DNA of 64,000 bases from Bacteroidales bacterium. Its GTDB lineage: Bacteria; Bacteroidota; Bacteroidia; Bacteroidales; UBA10428. Location of the stretch: assembly GCA_041737295.1 (NCBI GenBank), contig JBGSSA010000076.1, forward strand, positions 1,031-65,030. The letters run 5' to 3'. How positions within the stretch are numbered: position 1 is the first letter of the stretch; each line of letters begins with the position of its first letter. Below, in pieces: positions 49,311-58,913 of this stretch. The notes under the pieces were generated by a model, which worked only from the letters and a program-made list of their open reading frames with translations, was not told the DNA's origin and did no database searches. The position numbers and the translations under genes are program-made.

Positions 49311-49730
49311 ATGAGAACAATTGAAATTGCTTCCCTGGATGACCTGGAAAGAGCGTCAGTCCGGTTTTTGGAAACCACGCGGGATCATAAAAAATTCGCT
49401 TTCCACGGTGCCATGGGATCGGGCAAGACCACACTCATCAAAGAAGTCTGCAAATTACTGGGGGCTACCGACAGCGTGACAAGCCCGACATTTTCACTCG
49501 TTAATGAATACAATACGCCTGAAGGGGCCACCCTGTATCATTTCGACCTCTACCGGATCAATACAATGGAAGAATTGTTCGACCTGGGCTATGAAGAATA
49601 TTTTTTCGGAGACTCCTACATATTCGTTGAATGGGCGGAGAAAGCCGAATCGCTCCTGCCGGATGCATTTGTCGACGTATACCTTGATGAAACGGGCCCC
49701 GGATCTCGTCAGGTAAGAATAGACCTTTGA
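49311..49730 (+). CDS. tsaE: tRNA t6A37 biosynthesis ATPase TsaE (YjeE)
   Basis: P-loop GAMGSGKTT, SPTFSLVNEY and HFDLYR motifs. Confidence 0.9.
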   Translation: MRTIEIASLDDLERASVRFLETTRDHKKFAFHGAMGSGKTTLIKEVCKLLGATDSVTSPTFSLVNEYNTPEGATLYHFDLYRINTMEELFDLGYEEYFFGDSYIFVEWAEKAESLLPDAFVDVYLDETGPGSRQVRIDL

Positions 49731-49810
49731 TCACTCCGTTGAATTTATTTTAGGATTTCCTGCAATTGTAGTATCTTAGTTTGTTATCCATTTGCAAAAA
49801 TTTAAAGAAT

Positions 49811-51034
49811 ATGGCAGACCAGCGACCAGAACCGGCCAGTAACCCGCTTATGTACGGAGGAATGTTGCCCCAGGAAGAGATGCTCGCGATCGGGAAGAGA
49901 CATAAGAAACTGACAATTGGTATCCCTCGCGAAAAACAGCATATTGAACAGCGGGTTTCCCTAACCCCTGAAGCCGTGGAAGTTCTTGTTGACAACGGTC
50001 ATGAAGTGATTCTTGAATCCAAGGCAGGAGAAGGTGCCCGGTATACCGATACCGATTACAGTGAATGCGGTGCTTTTATTGTAGATAACAAAAAACATGT
50101 ACTCAATACGGATGTAATCCTGAAGGTTTCTCCATTCGAGTTGAAAGAAACCGAAATGCTTAAGGGCAATCAGGTAATCCTGTCCACCATTCATTTTGGC
50201 CGGCAAACGGAAGAATATATTCGCGGTTTGATGGATAAAAAGACCACTGCCATTGCAATTGAACAGATCAAGGATGAACATGGCCGGTTCCCGATCATAC
50301 AATCCATGAGCTCCATAGCAGGCATATCTGCCATTAATATAGCCGCCGAACTGCTTAGCAATCAGCACAATGGAAAGGGCATACTTCTCGGGGGAATTTC
50401 TGGCATTACCCCAACCGAGGTGGTGATCATCGGTGCGGATACCATTGCCGAATTCGCAGCCCGGGCTGCCATTGGCATGGGGGCTCTCGTAAAGATATTC
50501 GATAATTCACCCCATAAACTTGAAGAACTGCAACGTAACCTCGGACAACGATGCCATACTTCAATCTTTCATCCCAAAGTTCTCCGGCGGACGCTGAAAT
50601 CCGCAGATGTGGTAATCGGCGCGCTGAACCTATGGGATACCGGTCCCAGGTATTTTGTCACGGAAGACATGGTACGTGAAATGAAAAAAGGCTCTGTGAT
50701 AATTGACCTCAGCATTGACCAGGGTGGATGCATCGAGACAAGCGAGTACCGAACACTGCAGGATCCGGTTTATACAAAGTTTGACGTCATTCATTACAGC
50801 GTGCCAAACCTTCCGTCAAGAGTTGCCCGCACCGCTTCTATTGCCCTCAGCAATATTATTTCGCCAATCCTTGTCACAATAGGTAATTCCGGAGGATTTA
50901 AGCCCTTTCTGAAAGCCAATCTCGGTGTTCGTAACAGCGTTTACCTGTATAACGGCATTCTTACAAATGAGTACCTGGGTAACCAGTTTGGCATACCCTC
51001 TAAAAATATTGACCTCCTGATGGCTGCTTTTTGA
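49811..51034 (+). CDS. ald: alanine dehydrogenase family protein (N-terminally extended)
   Basis: AlaDh/PNT N-domain (IGIPREKQHIEQRVSLTPEAV) and NAD domain (VVIIGADTIAEFAARAA). Probable start MADQRPE at 49811 (track: 49781). Confidence 0.75.
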   Translation: MADQRPEPASNPLMYGGMLPQEEMLAIGKRHKKLTIGIPREKQHIEQRVSLTPEAVEVLVDNGHEVILESKAGEGARYTDTDYSECGAFIVDNKKHVLNTDVILKVSPFELKETEMLKGNQVILSTIHFGRQTEEYIRGLMDKKTTAIAIEQIKDEHGRFPIIQSMSSIAGISAINIAAELLSNQHNGKGILLGGISGITPTEVVIIGADTIAEFAARAAIGMGALVKIFDNSPHKLEELQRNLGQRCHTSIFHPKVLRRTLKSADVVIGALNLWDTGPRYFVTEDMVREMKKGSVIIDLSIDQGGCIETSEYRTLQDPVYTKFDVIHYSVPNLPSRVARTASIALSNIISPILVTIGNSGGFKPFLKANLGVRNSVYLYNGILTNEYLGNQFGIPSKNIDLLMAAF

Positions 51035-51131
51035 TCCGTTGCCTCCGGGCAAGATGACAAATGCCATAGTTATCCTGTTCACAGTTCCGTATCTTTAGAT
51101 ATATTAAAGGTTACCAAATTGTTACAACGGG

Positions 51132-51860
51132 ATGAATTACGATAATATGCTTACTCTCAAAAAGCGTCTGGGCAGTCATGTTGCTGGCTCATTGCTTGAT
51201 ATTGCCGTCGGAAGGGGAGATTTTCTGAAGTTTGTACTCTCCTCATTCCACTCATGGAAAAGGGCTGCAGGCATTGACACCGATCCCGAAACACTTTACG
51301 TCGCCCGTCAATCGCTCGAAGGATCTTCCGTGATCCTGGTCAATGGCTCAGCATTGGCCATGCCATTTATCGGGGCCTATTTCGATACGATAACCATGTC
51401 GAATGCATTGCACCACATTGAGGATCTTGATTCTCTGTTTCGGGAAACCTTCAGGGTTTGCAAACCGGACGGACTGTTCCTGATCAATGAAATGCTGAAT
51501 GAAAACCATTCCCGGTTACAGGAACCCTATATGCTTTATCACCGGTTTATATCGGAAGTGGATAACCAGATGGGCCGCTATCATCATGAACCCTTTTCAC
51601 TGAAGGAACTTTTGGCGATGGTTAAAACCAGCGGTTTTACTACCCTCGATTACTTCATTCACGAGGAAGTAACCGGCGACTGCCTGAATGAAGAAGAAAT
51701 TGAAGCCATGTCGGAACGAATGAGGAGAAAGGTTCTGCAATTAAAGGGCTCCGATTATTATTATTTTTATGAAAATAAGATAGGTGAGATTATTAACCGC
51801 CTGTCGAATGCCGGCGTGCACAAACCCCGTCATATTACCTTCATGCTTCGTCCGGCCTGA
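51132..51860 (+). CDS. class I SAM-dependent methyltransferase
   Basis: Motif I LLDIAVGRGDF and post-I/II ITMSNALHHI...LKPDGLFLINE. Confidence 0.75.
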   Translation: MNYDNMLTLKKRLGSHVAGSLLDIAVGRGDFLKFVLSSFHSWKRAAGIDTDPETLYVARQSLEGSSVILVNGSALAMPFIGAYFDTITMSNALHHIEDLDSLFRETFRVCKPDGLFLINEMLNENHSRLQEPYMLYHRFISEVDNQMGRYHHEPFSLKELLAMVKTSGFTTLDYFIHEEVTGDCLNEEEIEAMSERMRRKVLQLKGSDYYYFYENKIGEIINRLSNAGVHKPRHITFMLRPA

Positions 51861-51880
51861 CAACCATACTTTGATCCGTG

Positions 51881-52879
51881 CTAAAACTCCGGGCAGGGAA
51901 CTGCCCTTGGTTTGTGCTTAAGCGGCTTTGTCCTGAAAGAATAACTCATCGATATTTCATGCGCGCCACCCGTATTTGTTACAAGCCGTGAAATTGTAAA
52001 ATCATAGCTGTAGCCTATATTCATGTTCCGTGTTTTTATGCCTATCAGCGCCGTAAAGGCATCACGGTTAAATACTTCCTTGTATAGCGGAATGCCCCTG
52101 TACCAGAATCCTATCACAAATGGATTGCGATACCAGTATATTCCCAGGTCGAGTTGCCTGAACTGCTTCTGCTGACGGTAAAGAAAAGCCAGCTGGAGAC
52201 TCGTTGGAACAGGCCGCAAAAGAGCTTCATTATGAATAAACTTTACTCCCCCGAACAGGGAGTATTTTACAGGGACTTTCCCCGGATTGCCGGTTTCCTC
52301 TTCATAATAATACAATGACTGATTGGGCCTCAGAAGGTGGTCCGCACAACCTCCCAGCCAAAAACGGTCTGAATAGGTCAGAAAAGAAACGGACAGGTCC
52401 ATGTCCCCTGACTTGTCCATAGGTGGCAGTTCGGCAGAAACAGGAGAATTCCCGCTTGCCGAGATCTGGTCACTCCATAATAACCGCTCAAAGTCGATCC
52501 CCCGTTGCGTGTAATTGAAATGAAGGCCCGGTCTCATATGCAGGTTTTCTGTAATGCTGAAATCATAGGAATACTGCAGGCCGATATTGGTGGTCCTTAA
52601 ATGCCCGGTTCCAGCCATATCCTGGAATAAGAGCACGCCAAGGCCGCTTCGGTACTTTTCAAGATACTTGTCGAATGAAACCGAATATGTCTGAAATCCA
52701 TGCGCTATTTCGGGCCATTGATTCCGGTAATTGATCGCCAGCCTGTTTTTATCAGTCAGCCCTGCGAAAGACGGTGCCAGGTATAGGTAATTGGAATAAA
52801 ATTGGGAGAATTGGGCATCCTGTGCCTGCATCCGTAAAATTCCTCCCAAAAAAACCAGAATTACCCATATCTTTTTCAT
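51881..52879 (-). CDS. PorP/SprF family T9SS outer-membrane protein
   Basis: Signal peptide plus the hallmark QDAQFSQFYSNYLYLAPSFAG. ~330 aa beta-barrel. Lies 12 nt downstream of the type-B CTD giant gene. Confidence 0.9.
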   Translation of the reverse strand: MKKIWVILVFLGGILRMQAQDAQFSQFYSNYLYLAPSFAGLTDKNRLAINYRNQWPEIAHGFQTYSVSFDKYLEKYRSGLGVLLFQDMAGTGHLRTTNIGLQYSYDFSITENLHMRPGLHFNYTQRGIDFERLLWSDQISASGNSPVSAELPPMDKSGDMDLSVSFLTYSDRFWLGGCADHLLRPNQSLYYYEEETGNPGKVPVKYSLFGGVKFIHNEALLRPVPTSLQLAFLYRQQKQFRQLDLGIYWYRNPFVIGFWYRGIPLYKEVFNRDAFTALIGIKTRNMNIGYSYDFTISRLVTNTGGAHEISMSYSFRTKPLKHKPRAVPCPEF

Positions 52880-52891
52880 GACGTTTTACCT

Positions 52892-55800
52892 TTAATGCAT
52901 CAGGGTAACATCACCCGACTGAACAAAAGTCTGCCCGTTTGAATACTTTCCTTCGACCTTCCAGACATATACATCCTGTTTTGACATTCTTCCGTCTACA
53001 TATCCATCCCATCCCACATCCTGGTCATTGCTTTCAAAAATAAGCTCACCCCACCGGTTAAAAATCATCAGGTGATATTCTTCCACATGATCCAGTACCC
53101 CCGGCTTGAAAGTTCTGTTCTCTTCAATCGGCGATTCCGGACGGAAGGCATTCGGAAATACAATTCTCCCTGTAGGTTCAACAAGAACGGCTGTTTCCAT
53201 TGTATAAAGATCATAACACTCATTTTCGGTCCATACATGCAGCAATACATCATAATTGCCTTCCTTCGAGTACATATGCGTGGGATTCATTTCTGCCGAC
53301 CCTGTCCCGTCACCAAAATCCCATTGATAGGTCAGCCCGTTGTCCGACAAATTGAAGAAGTGAACCTCCTGGTCGTTTACATACACTATCCTCGGAGCGA
53401 TTTCAAAAAAGGACTTCGGCAATACCCACACATCATTTACAGTGCTGTAAGAATCCTCCCCTCCGTCACCCCAGGCGGTCAGCTTGATCTTATATTTTCC
53501 GGGTTCGTAATAGGTGTATTCCGGGTTAGGTTTGTTCGAAACCGCACCATCCCCAAACTCCCACAAAAATGTGGTTGAATAGGCTGACGTGTTTTCAAAT
53601 TGGATTGTAAGCGGCTGACAACCGGGAAGAATAGGCCTGAATTCCGCAACAGGCGGATGGGGTACGATCTCAACGGATTGCACCGCGCTGTCTGAACAGT
53701 ATGTCCCTTTCACCAGCAGGCGGATCGTGTAGTTATGCGGTCCGGGATATGTGTGCGACCCGGGATCACGGACAACTGAGGTGCTGTCATCGCCAAAATG
53801 CCACAGGTAGGACCAGTTGCCGGAAGAAGTCATATTGGCAATGGCTACGGTACGGTCGGGCATCATCTGGGTAACGGGGTTTGCTATAAATGCCGCTTTG
53901 GGCGAGGGATGAACGGTGATCTGCGTTGTTCCGGTATCCAGACAGCCAAAGAATGATGTGGAAATCAGTTGTACCGGGTATATCTTGTCATCATCCCCGT
54001 CATTGATAAAGGTATGCATCACATTGAAATTGCCGTTTTCCTGTATTCCATCCCCAAAATCCCAGGCATAGCTGAATCCCCCGGGGGTGGAAGTTAACAG
54101 CACCTCAGCCGGGGAGCATGCCATTTCAGGGGATGTGGTGATGTGCAGCGGCGGATTGGGATAAACTGTAATATATCCGTTCGTAGTATGAATACAATTG
54201 TTTCCGCTGATTGCTGATAATTTTACATTATAATATTGTACCGAATTGCCGGGATTTGTAAACTGATGCACCGGGTTTGGCAGGTTACTGGTAGAACTGT
54301 CTCCAAAATCCCATAAAAAGTCTGTTGCATGGGTGGACTGATTTGTAAAGGTTACCGTCACAGGACTGCACCCCGGCAGCGCATTGTCGGTAAACGCGGC
54401 AAAAGGAGAATCATTGAATATCTGAATTGAATCATGTGCCTGGCATCCATTATGGTCTTCCACGGTAAATAACAAATCATAGGTTCCCCTGATCATGCTC
54501 TGGAATTGCGGATCGGGAATATCGGTTGCAGAAAGCGAGGATGTTGCCCCACTCCACTGGTAACGGGTATAAATTCCGGAACCCCCGGTAATCGTTGTAT
54601 TCAGGGGAAGATCATATCCCGCGCATACTACTGAATCGGGAACTGAAATCTGCGCAAGCGGAATAGGATGAACTGTTACCTCAACAGTATCAATAGAGAT
54701 ATTGCCGTTGATATCGGATACCCGGATGATGAGCTCGTAATTACCGGGGACAGGAGAATTAAAATACGGGTCTGAAATACCATTCGCCGAGAGATAGTGA
54801 ATATCTCCTGTCCATGTGAATGTATAGGAGGGAGTCCCCCCGCTGGGAGTCACAACAATCCGCATATCATCCCCTGCACAGGCATTTCCATTCACCGTAC
54901 TGATATCCAATAATATGACCACATCCTTCACCTCAACCTGTTTGCTGTTTGGAGGTCCGACACATCCTATGCTGTTCGTTTCTACAACTGAAAGATTATA
55001 CGTCCCCAGGTTGGGAAACTCCACAATAATAAAATTCTGGTTTGTAAGCAGCACATTCACGCCGGGAGGTACGGACCAACTGTAGGTTGACCCTGCATGA
55101 AAATTGACCGAATAGATCACATTGGTCTGCCCGATGCCCACCTGCGATGGCCCCAGTACAGGATTGGGTCCGGGGGTGGGCAGGATTATAGCCTGAACAT
55201 CGCGCCGGCTGCTCTCACAATGAGTGAGGGCATTATAGCCTGATACAAAATACCGGTGTGTTGCCGTTAGGTAAGGAGTTAAGAAATCATTGGCCTCAAT
55301 AAGCAGTGTCCCTCCCGTGATACTGTCATACCAGCGGTCAATGGTCGCATTGGCACCGGGGGTGGATATCATCAGCACCGAATCAGGTCCGCAAATGGTC
55401 ACATCGCCTGCATTCGGGAAACCGGGAATAGCATGAATGGTGGCTCTTACATGAACCCTTGCACTTTGACATCCGGTTGCCGTATTTACCGTTTGAACCC
55501 AGTAGTCGTCGGATGCAACCAGATAAGGCGTATTAAAGGAAAGCGTGGTATCAAGCAAATTACCTGCAACAGCCGCGTCATACCAGCGGTTTATTGTTCC
55601 TCCCGTTCCCAGGGATGAATTCAGGGTAAGGAATCCTTCCCCGCACCTGCTTGAATCGGCTGCAACCGGAAGTCCCGGTACCGGATCGATTTGCACAGCA
55701 AGGGGTACCCGGGGACTCTCACAACCCGTTATGTCATTGTAACTGCTCGTCCAGTATGTTACAGGACCAGTAAGAACCGGGGTTGTGTATGTCACTGATT

Positions 55801-58663
55801 GAGCGAGGAGATTTCCCCCGGTTGCTGCATCATACCAGCGGTTCGTGTTCCCGTTTAAACCGGTGATGGCAGAAAGTATCAGGCTTGAATTGCCGCAATG
55901 TTGCACAGGCTGAGTGACAGGCTGAGCCGGAACCGGGTAAATTGTAATACGCACCCTCCGTCTGAAACTTTCACAACCGGTAATGCTGTTATAGCTGGCT
56001 GCCCAATAATCGGTATTGCTATTGATCACCGGTGTTGTATAGCTGTTTCCTGAAAATAGGAGTGCCCCGCCTGAACCCGTGGTGTACCAATGAACGGCAT
56101 TTCCGTTTGCCCCGACAACGGCTGTTAATACAACAGCGCCCGGACCACATCGTTGCACATCGCTGACAGCGGGAACTGCGGGCATGGGTTTGAAAAAGAC
56201 CGTGACAGAATCCGCTTTTGGCGGGCATGACCCGCTTGTGATACGCCATTCAAATATATACAGACCCTCGTTGCCTGCTGATACATTGGCCAGCACGGAA
56301 GGGCTGTTTTCTGTGGGGGTAAAAGTCACATTGCCGGGTCCTGAGATTTTACTCCATGTACCCATTCCTATGCCGGGCGAATTTCCGGTAAGGGGAGCTG
56401 AAAGACCGCATACTGAATCCCCGGGTCCTGCATGGGCATCCGGTACGGGAAGTCCATAATCGACCTCCAGGGTATCTGCAGTGCGACAGCTGGCATTGGT
56501 AATCGTCCAGGCAAACCTGTACAGTCCTTCGTTACCGGGCTGGATTTGTACCGACACATTGGGTGTGTTCACTGAAGGTAAAAAGTCGGGGGGTACTGCT
56601 GACGGATTGGTTACGACACTCCATACCCCGCTTCCCACAGTGGCCGCATTTGCGCCCAGTGGTGAAGAAACTGTATTGCAAAGGTTCTGGTCCATTCCGG
56701 CATTAGCAGGTGCAGGTGCCTGGTCACGGGTTATGGTCACCATGTCGTTGCTGCCTGCACAAAGTCCGAATTCGCTTACTATAGTCCACTGAAACCGGTT
56801 GTTGCCAAAAGCGAGGTTTGAAACCAGGGTTCCGGGATCATGGATGTCTGCCACAATTCCGGTACCAATGATGACAGTCCATGTTCCTGTTCCGCGGTTG
56901 GTAACCGGCAATGCCGCCAGGCTTACCATATCAGAATCACAGACACCCCTGTCGGGTCCGGCATTGGCCAGTCCGGGAGCAACATCCCGAAGGATCTGCA
57001 TAGTATCTGCAGTGGTCAGGCAGGCTCCATACCGGCTTGTAATTGTCCATGAAAGCCTGTTCAACCCGGCAGAGAGTACAGAAGCAGTCGTTGTTGCATT
57101 ATGGTCATCGGCAAAAACAGCATTTCCGGTCACAATCCTCCATATTCCTCTTCCGTTATTTGTTGCAGCATTCCCCTGCAGGGTTGCGGATGCAGTTGCG
57201 CAGAAAGACTGGTCGGGACCTGCGGCGGCCATGGCCGGCTGAAGGTCCCGGGTTATAATAACTTCATCTACTGAAACACAGGGTCCGTTGCTGATCGTCC
57301 ACCGGAAAAGATTCGGACCCGCGGCCAGGTTATGCACCGTGGAATGCGGATCGGAAGGATTGTCGATGATGGCCGGGCCCGTTGTACTCCATAATCCAAT
57401 ACCAATTACAGGCTGATTTCCATGCAATACGTAATTGTTCCTGCATATTACCTCATCAGGTCCGGCATTCGGAGCAGGTGCAGGAGTATCGAAAATTTCA
57501 AAGGATATTTTACTGGGCGCGCTGGCACAAGTGCCGATGCTTTCGGTTACATAGTATGAATAGATCCCGGCGCTCGAAATGTCAATGAAGGTAGGTGCAC
57601 CGGCAGGATTAAATGAATTCCCCGTATGGATATGATTTGTCAGCAGCGAATCGGTGTACCAGTTGACGGTTCCTCCCGATGTGGCCAGACTGAGAATTAC
57701 CGGACTGCCTGCACAAAATTTAAGCGATGGATTTGTTATGACCGGGGGAGTGGTGATAATTTCAATCAGTGCCGTGGTGGTTATCGGGGCATTATCCCCA
57801 TTGATCAGGTCGGCAGGATCAATAGCATCAAAAGGGTTCCGGTCATAAGGATTGCATATGTTCCAGTTTCGCATGGTGATCTCGAAAATATCTCCGGCTA
57901 CAGCTCCTGCCGGGGCACTGATGGGCCAGGATACCTGGCTCGGACCATCTGCCGGAATAGGGATGGAAATGATAGGGCCCGGAACGGGAGGCAGGGAATT
58001 ACCCATGGCATCCGTCATCTGGTAAACATTTCCAAGCGGATCACGGATAGTCACGTCGGGTATCCTGTCGCCCCCGATTGTAGTTGTACCATATATAAAT
58101 TGTACCCAGCGGGTTAACCGGTTGGGCTTATCAGGCTCTATGTTAATATTGCAGTTAAAAGTGGAATTGTCCCTGAACCGAACATCCACTATATCCTCCC
58201 CTTCGCAGAACTGGGCTACAACAGGATCGGTAATAATATCGGCTCCATTCTGATTGTCCTTTGCCCATGCGCTGAACGTCTGTTCCTGGCGACTGCTGCT
58301 CATACACTGCACTCCGTCATATACTACATAAGCTTCCGCGGTATAGGAACATTCATCAGCAGGAGGATAAATATGGGTTGCCGAAGAAGTATAAACCGTA
58401 TCGCCCTGGCTTATTGCCGGCAGGAGCGTTGTGGCTCCTGTTCCGTCATTCCATACATAAAGAATTTGAACTTTGGAGGGGTCAACCGGGAGGATGAACT
58501 TGTAACGAACATCCATGGCCAGGTTAACAGGGGCACAAACGCTGCTGGGTACCTGTCCGCTGAAATTGTCGGTGATCAGTGCGCACTGACCCGGAACCCG
58601 CTGCGAGAACATGATTAGCAGTAACGTGGTTGCGGTTAGTAGTTTTGTTATTGTGCCCCTCAT
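52892..58663 (-). CDS. giant modular cell-surface protein with T9SS type-B C-terminal sorting domain (CHU_C / gliding motility-associated CTD)
   Basis: Signal peptide. 5 Ig-like WY...GCES modules. 5 NAGPD...C modules. 2 SprB-like repeats (CAGDDMRIVVTPSGGTPSYTFTW). At least 6 PKD-like modules (WDFGDG/WEFGDG). C-terminal VFPNAFRPES...FNRWGELIF...GWDG...YVW. Confidence 0.9.
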   Translation of the reverse strand: MRGTITKLLTATTLLLIMFSQRVPGQCALITDNFSGQVPSSVCAPVNLAMDVRYKFILPVDPSKVQILYVWNDGTGATTLLPAISQGDTVYTSSATHIYPPADECSYTAEAYVVYDGVQCMSSSRQEQTFSAWAKDNQNGADIITDPVVAQFCEGEDIVDVRFRDNSTFNCNINIEPDKPNRLTRWVQFIYGTTTIGGDRIPDVTIRDPLGNVYQMTDAMGNSLPPVPGPIISIPIPADGPSQVSWPISAPAGAVAGDIFEITMRNWNICNPYDRNPFDAIDPADLINGDNAPITTTALIEIITTPPVITNPSLKFCAGSPVILSLATSGGTVNWYTDSLLTNHIHTGNSFNPAGAPTFIDISSAGIYSYYVTESIGTCASAPSKISFEIFDTPAPAPNAGPDEVICRNNYVLHGNQPVIGIGLWSTTGPAIIDNPSDPHSTVHNLAAGPNLFRWTISNGPCVSVDEVIITRDLQPAMAAAGPDQSFCATASATLQGNAATNNGRGIWRIVTGNAVFADDHNATTTASVLSAGLNRLSWTITSRYGACLTTADTMQILRDVAPGLANAGPDRGVCDSDMVSLAALPVTNRGTGTWTVIIGTGIVADIHDPGTLVSNLAFGNNRFQWTIVSEFGLCAGSNDMVTITRDQAPAPANAGMDQNLCNTVSSPLGANAATVGSGVWSVVTNPSAVPPDFLPSVNTPNVSVQIQPGNEGLYRFAWTITNASCRTADTLEVDYGLPVPDAHAGPGDSVCGLSAPLTGNSPGIGMGTWSKISGPGNVTFTPTENSPSVLANVSAGNEGLYIFEWRITSGSCPPKADSVTVFFKPMPAVPAVSDVQRCGPGAVVLTAVVGANGNAVHWYTTGSGGALLFSGNSYTTPVINSNTDYWAASYNSITGCESFRRRVRITIYPVPAQPVTQPVQHCGNSSLILSAITGLNGNTNRWYDAATGGNLLAQSVTYTTPVLTGPVTYWTSSYNDITGCESPRVPLAVQIDPVPGLPVAADSSRCGEGFLTLNSSLGTGGTINRWYDAAVAGNLLDTTLSFNTPYLVASDDYWVQTVNTATGCQSARVHVRATIHAIPGFPNAGDVTICGPDSVLMISTPGANATIDRWYDSITGGTLLIEANDFLTPYLTATHRYFVSGYNALTHCESSRRDVQAIILPTPGPNPVLGPSQVGIGQTNVIYSVNFHAGSTYSWSVPPGVNVLLTNQNFIIVEFPNLGTYNLSVVETNSIGCVGPPNSKQVEVKDVVILLDISTVNGNACAGDDMRIVVTPSGGTPSYTFTWTGDIHYLSANGISDPYFNSPVPGNYELIIRVSDINGNISIDTVEVTVHPIPLAQISVPDSVVCAGYDLPLNTTITGGSGIYTRYQWSGATSSLSATDIPDPQFQSMIRGTYDLLFTVEDHNGCQAHDSIQIFNDSPFAAFTDNALPGCSPVTVTFTNQSTHATDFLWDFGDSSTSNLPNPVHQFTNPGNSVQYYNVKLSAISGNNCIHTTNGYITVYPNPPLHITTSPEMACSPAEVLLTSTPGGFSYAWDFGDGIQENGNFNVMHTFINDGDDDKIYPVQLISTSFFGCLDTGTTQITVHPSPKAAFIANPVTQMMPDRTVAIANMTSSGNWSYLWHFGDDSTSVVRDPGSHTYPGPHNYTIRLLVKGTYCSDSAVQSVEIVPHPPVAEFRPILPGCQPLTIQFENTSAYSTTFLWEFGDGAVSNKPNPEYTYYEPGKYKIKLTAWGDGGEDSYSTVNDVWVLPKSFFEIAPRIVYVNDQEVHFFNLSDNGLTYQWDFGDGTGSAEMNPTHMYSKEGNYDVLLHVWTENECYDLYTMETAVLVEPTGRIVFPNAFRPESPIEENRTFKPGVLDHVEEYHLMIFNRWGELIFESNDQDVGWDGYVDGRMSKQDVYVWKVEGKYSNGQTFVQSGDVTLMH

Positions 58664-58800
58664 ACCTGTTGCCTGGAATATCCGTTGCCTGGCTGTAACT
58701 GTTAATGTTAAATAACTTGATTGCCTTTAGGGATCTGCCGGGTATAAGTCTGCCTGCCTTAGTTTTAAGTGTAACTCAATTATAAATGTATACGGGTTTT

Positions 58801-58840
58801 TTGACGAATTGTTTCAAAGCGTTGACGAATGGCGCTTTTG
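58801..58840. promoter_or_regulatory. direct repeat TTGACGAAT x2 (21 nt phase) with embedded CAAAGCG/CGCTTTG inverted repeat in a divergent promoter region
   Basis: TTGACGAAT at 58801-58809 and at 58822-58830. CAAAGCG at 58815-58821 pairs with CGCTTTG at 58834-58840. Confidence 0.35.
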
Positions 58841-58913
58841 GAATGACCAAAATAGACCGCCTCATCTGATCCTGAATTATTTAAAAATTTTTAGTTAATT
58901 TTGATTCACCCAA

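Noticed and set aside
55433-58618. Many 60-170 aa plus-strand ORFs (for example 56799-57242, 57626-58117) inside the giant adhesin gene
   Set aside because: They are antisense to a 1923-aa ORF with clear domain repeats. Their translations are Arg/Gly/Pro-rich low-complexity strings typical of antisense frames.
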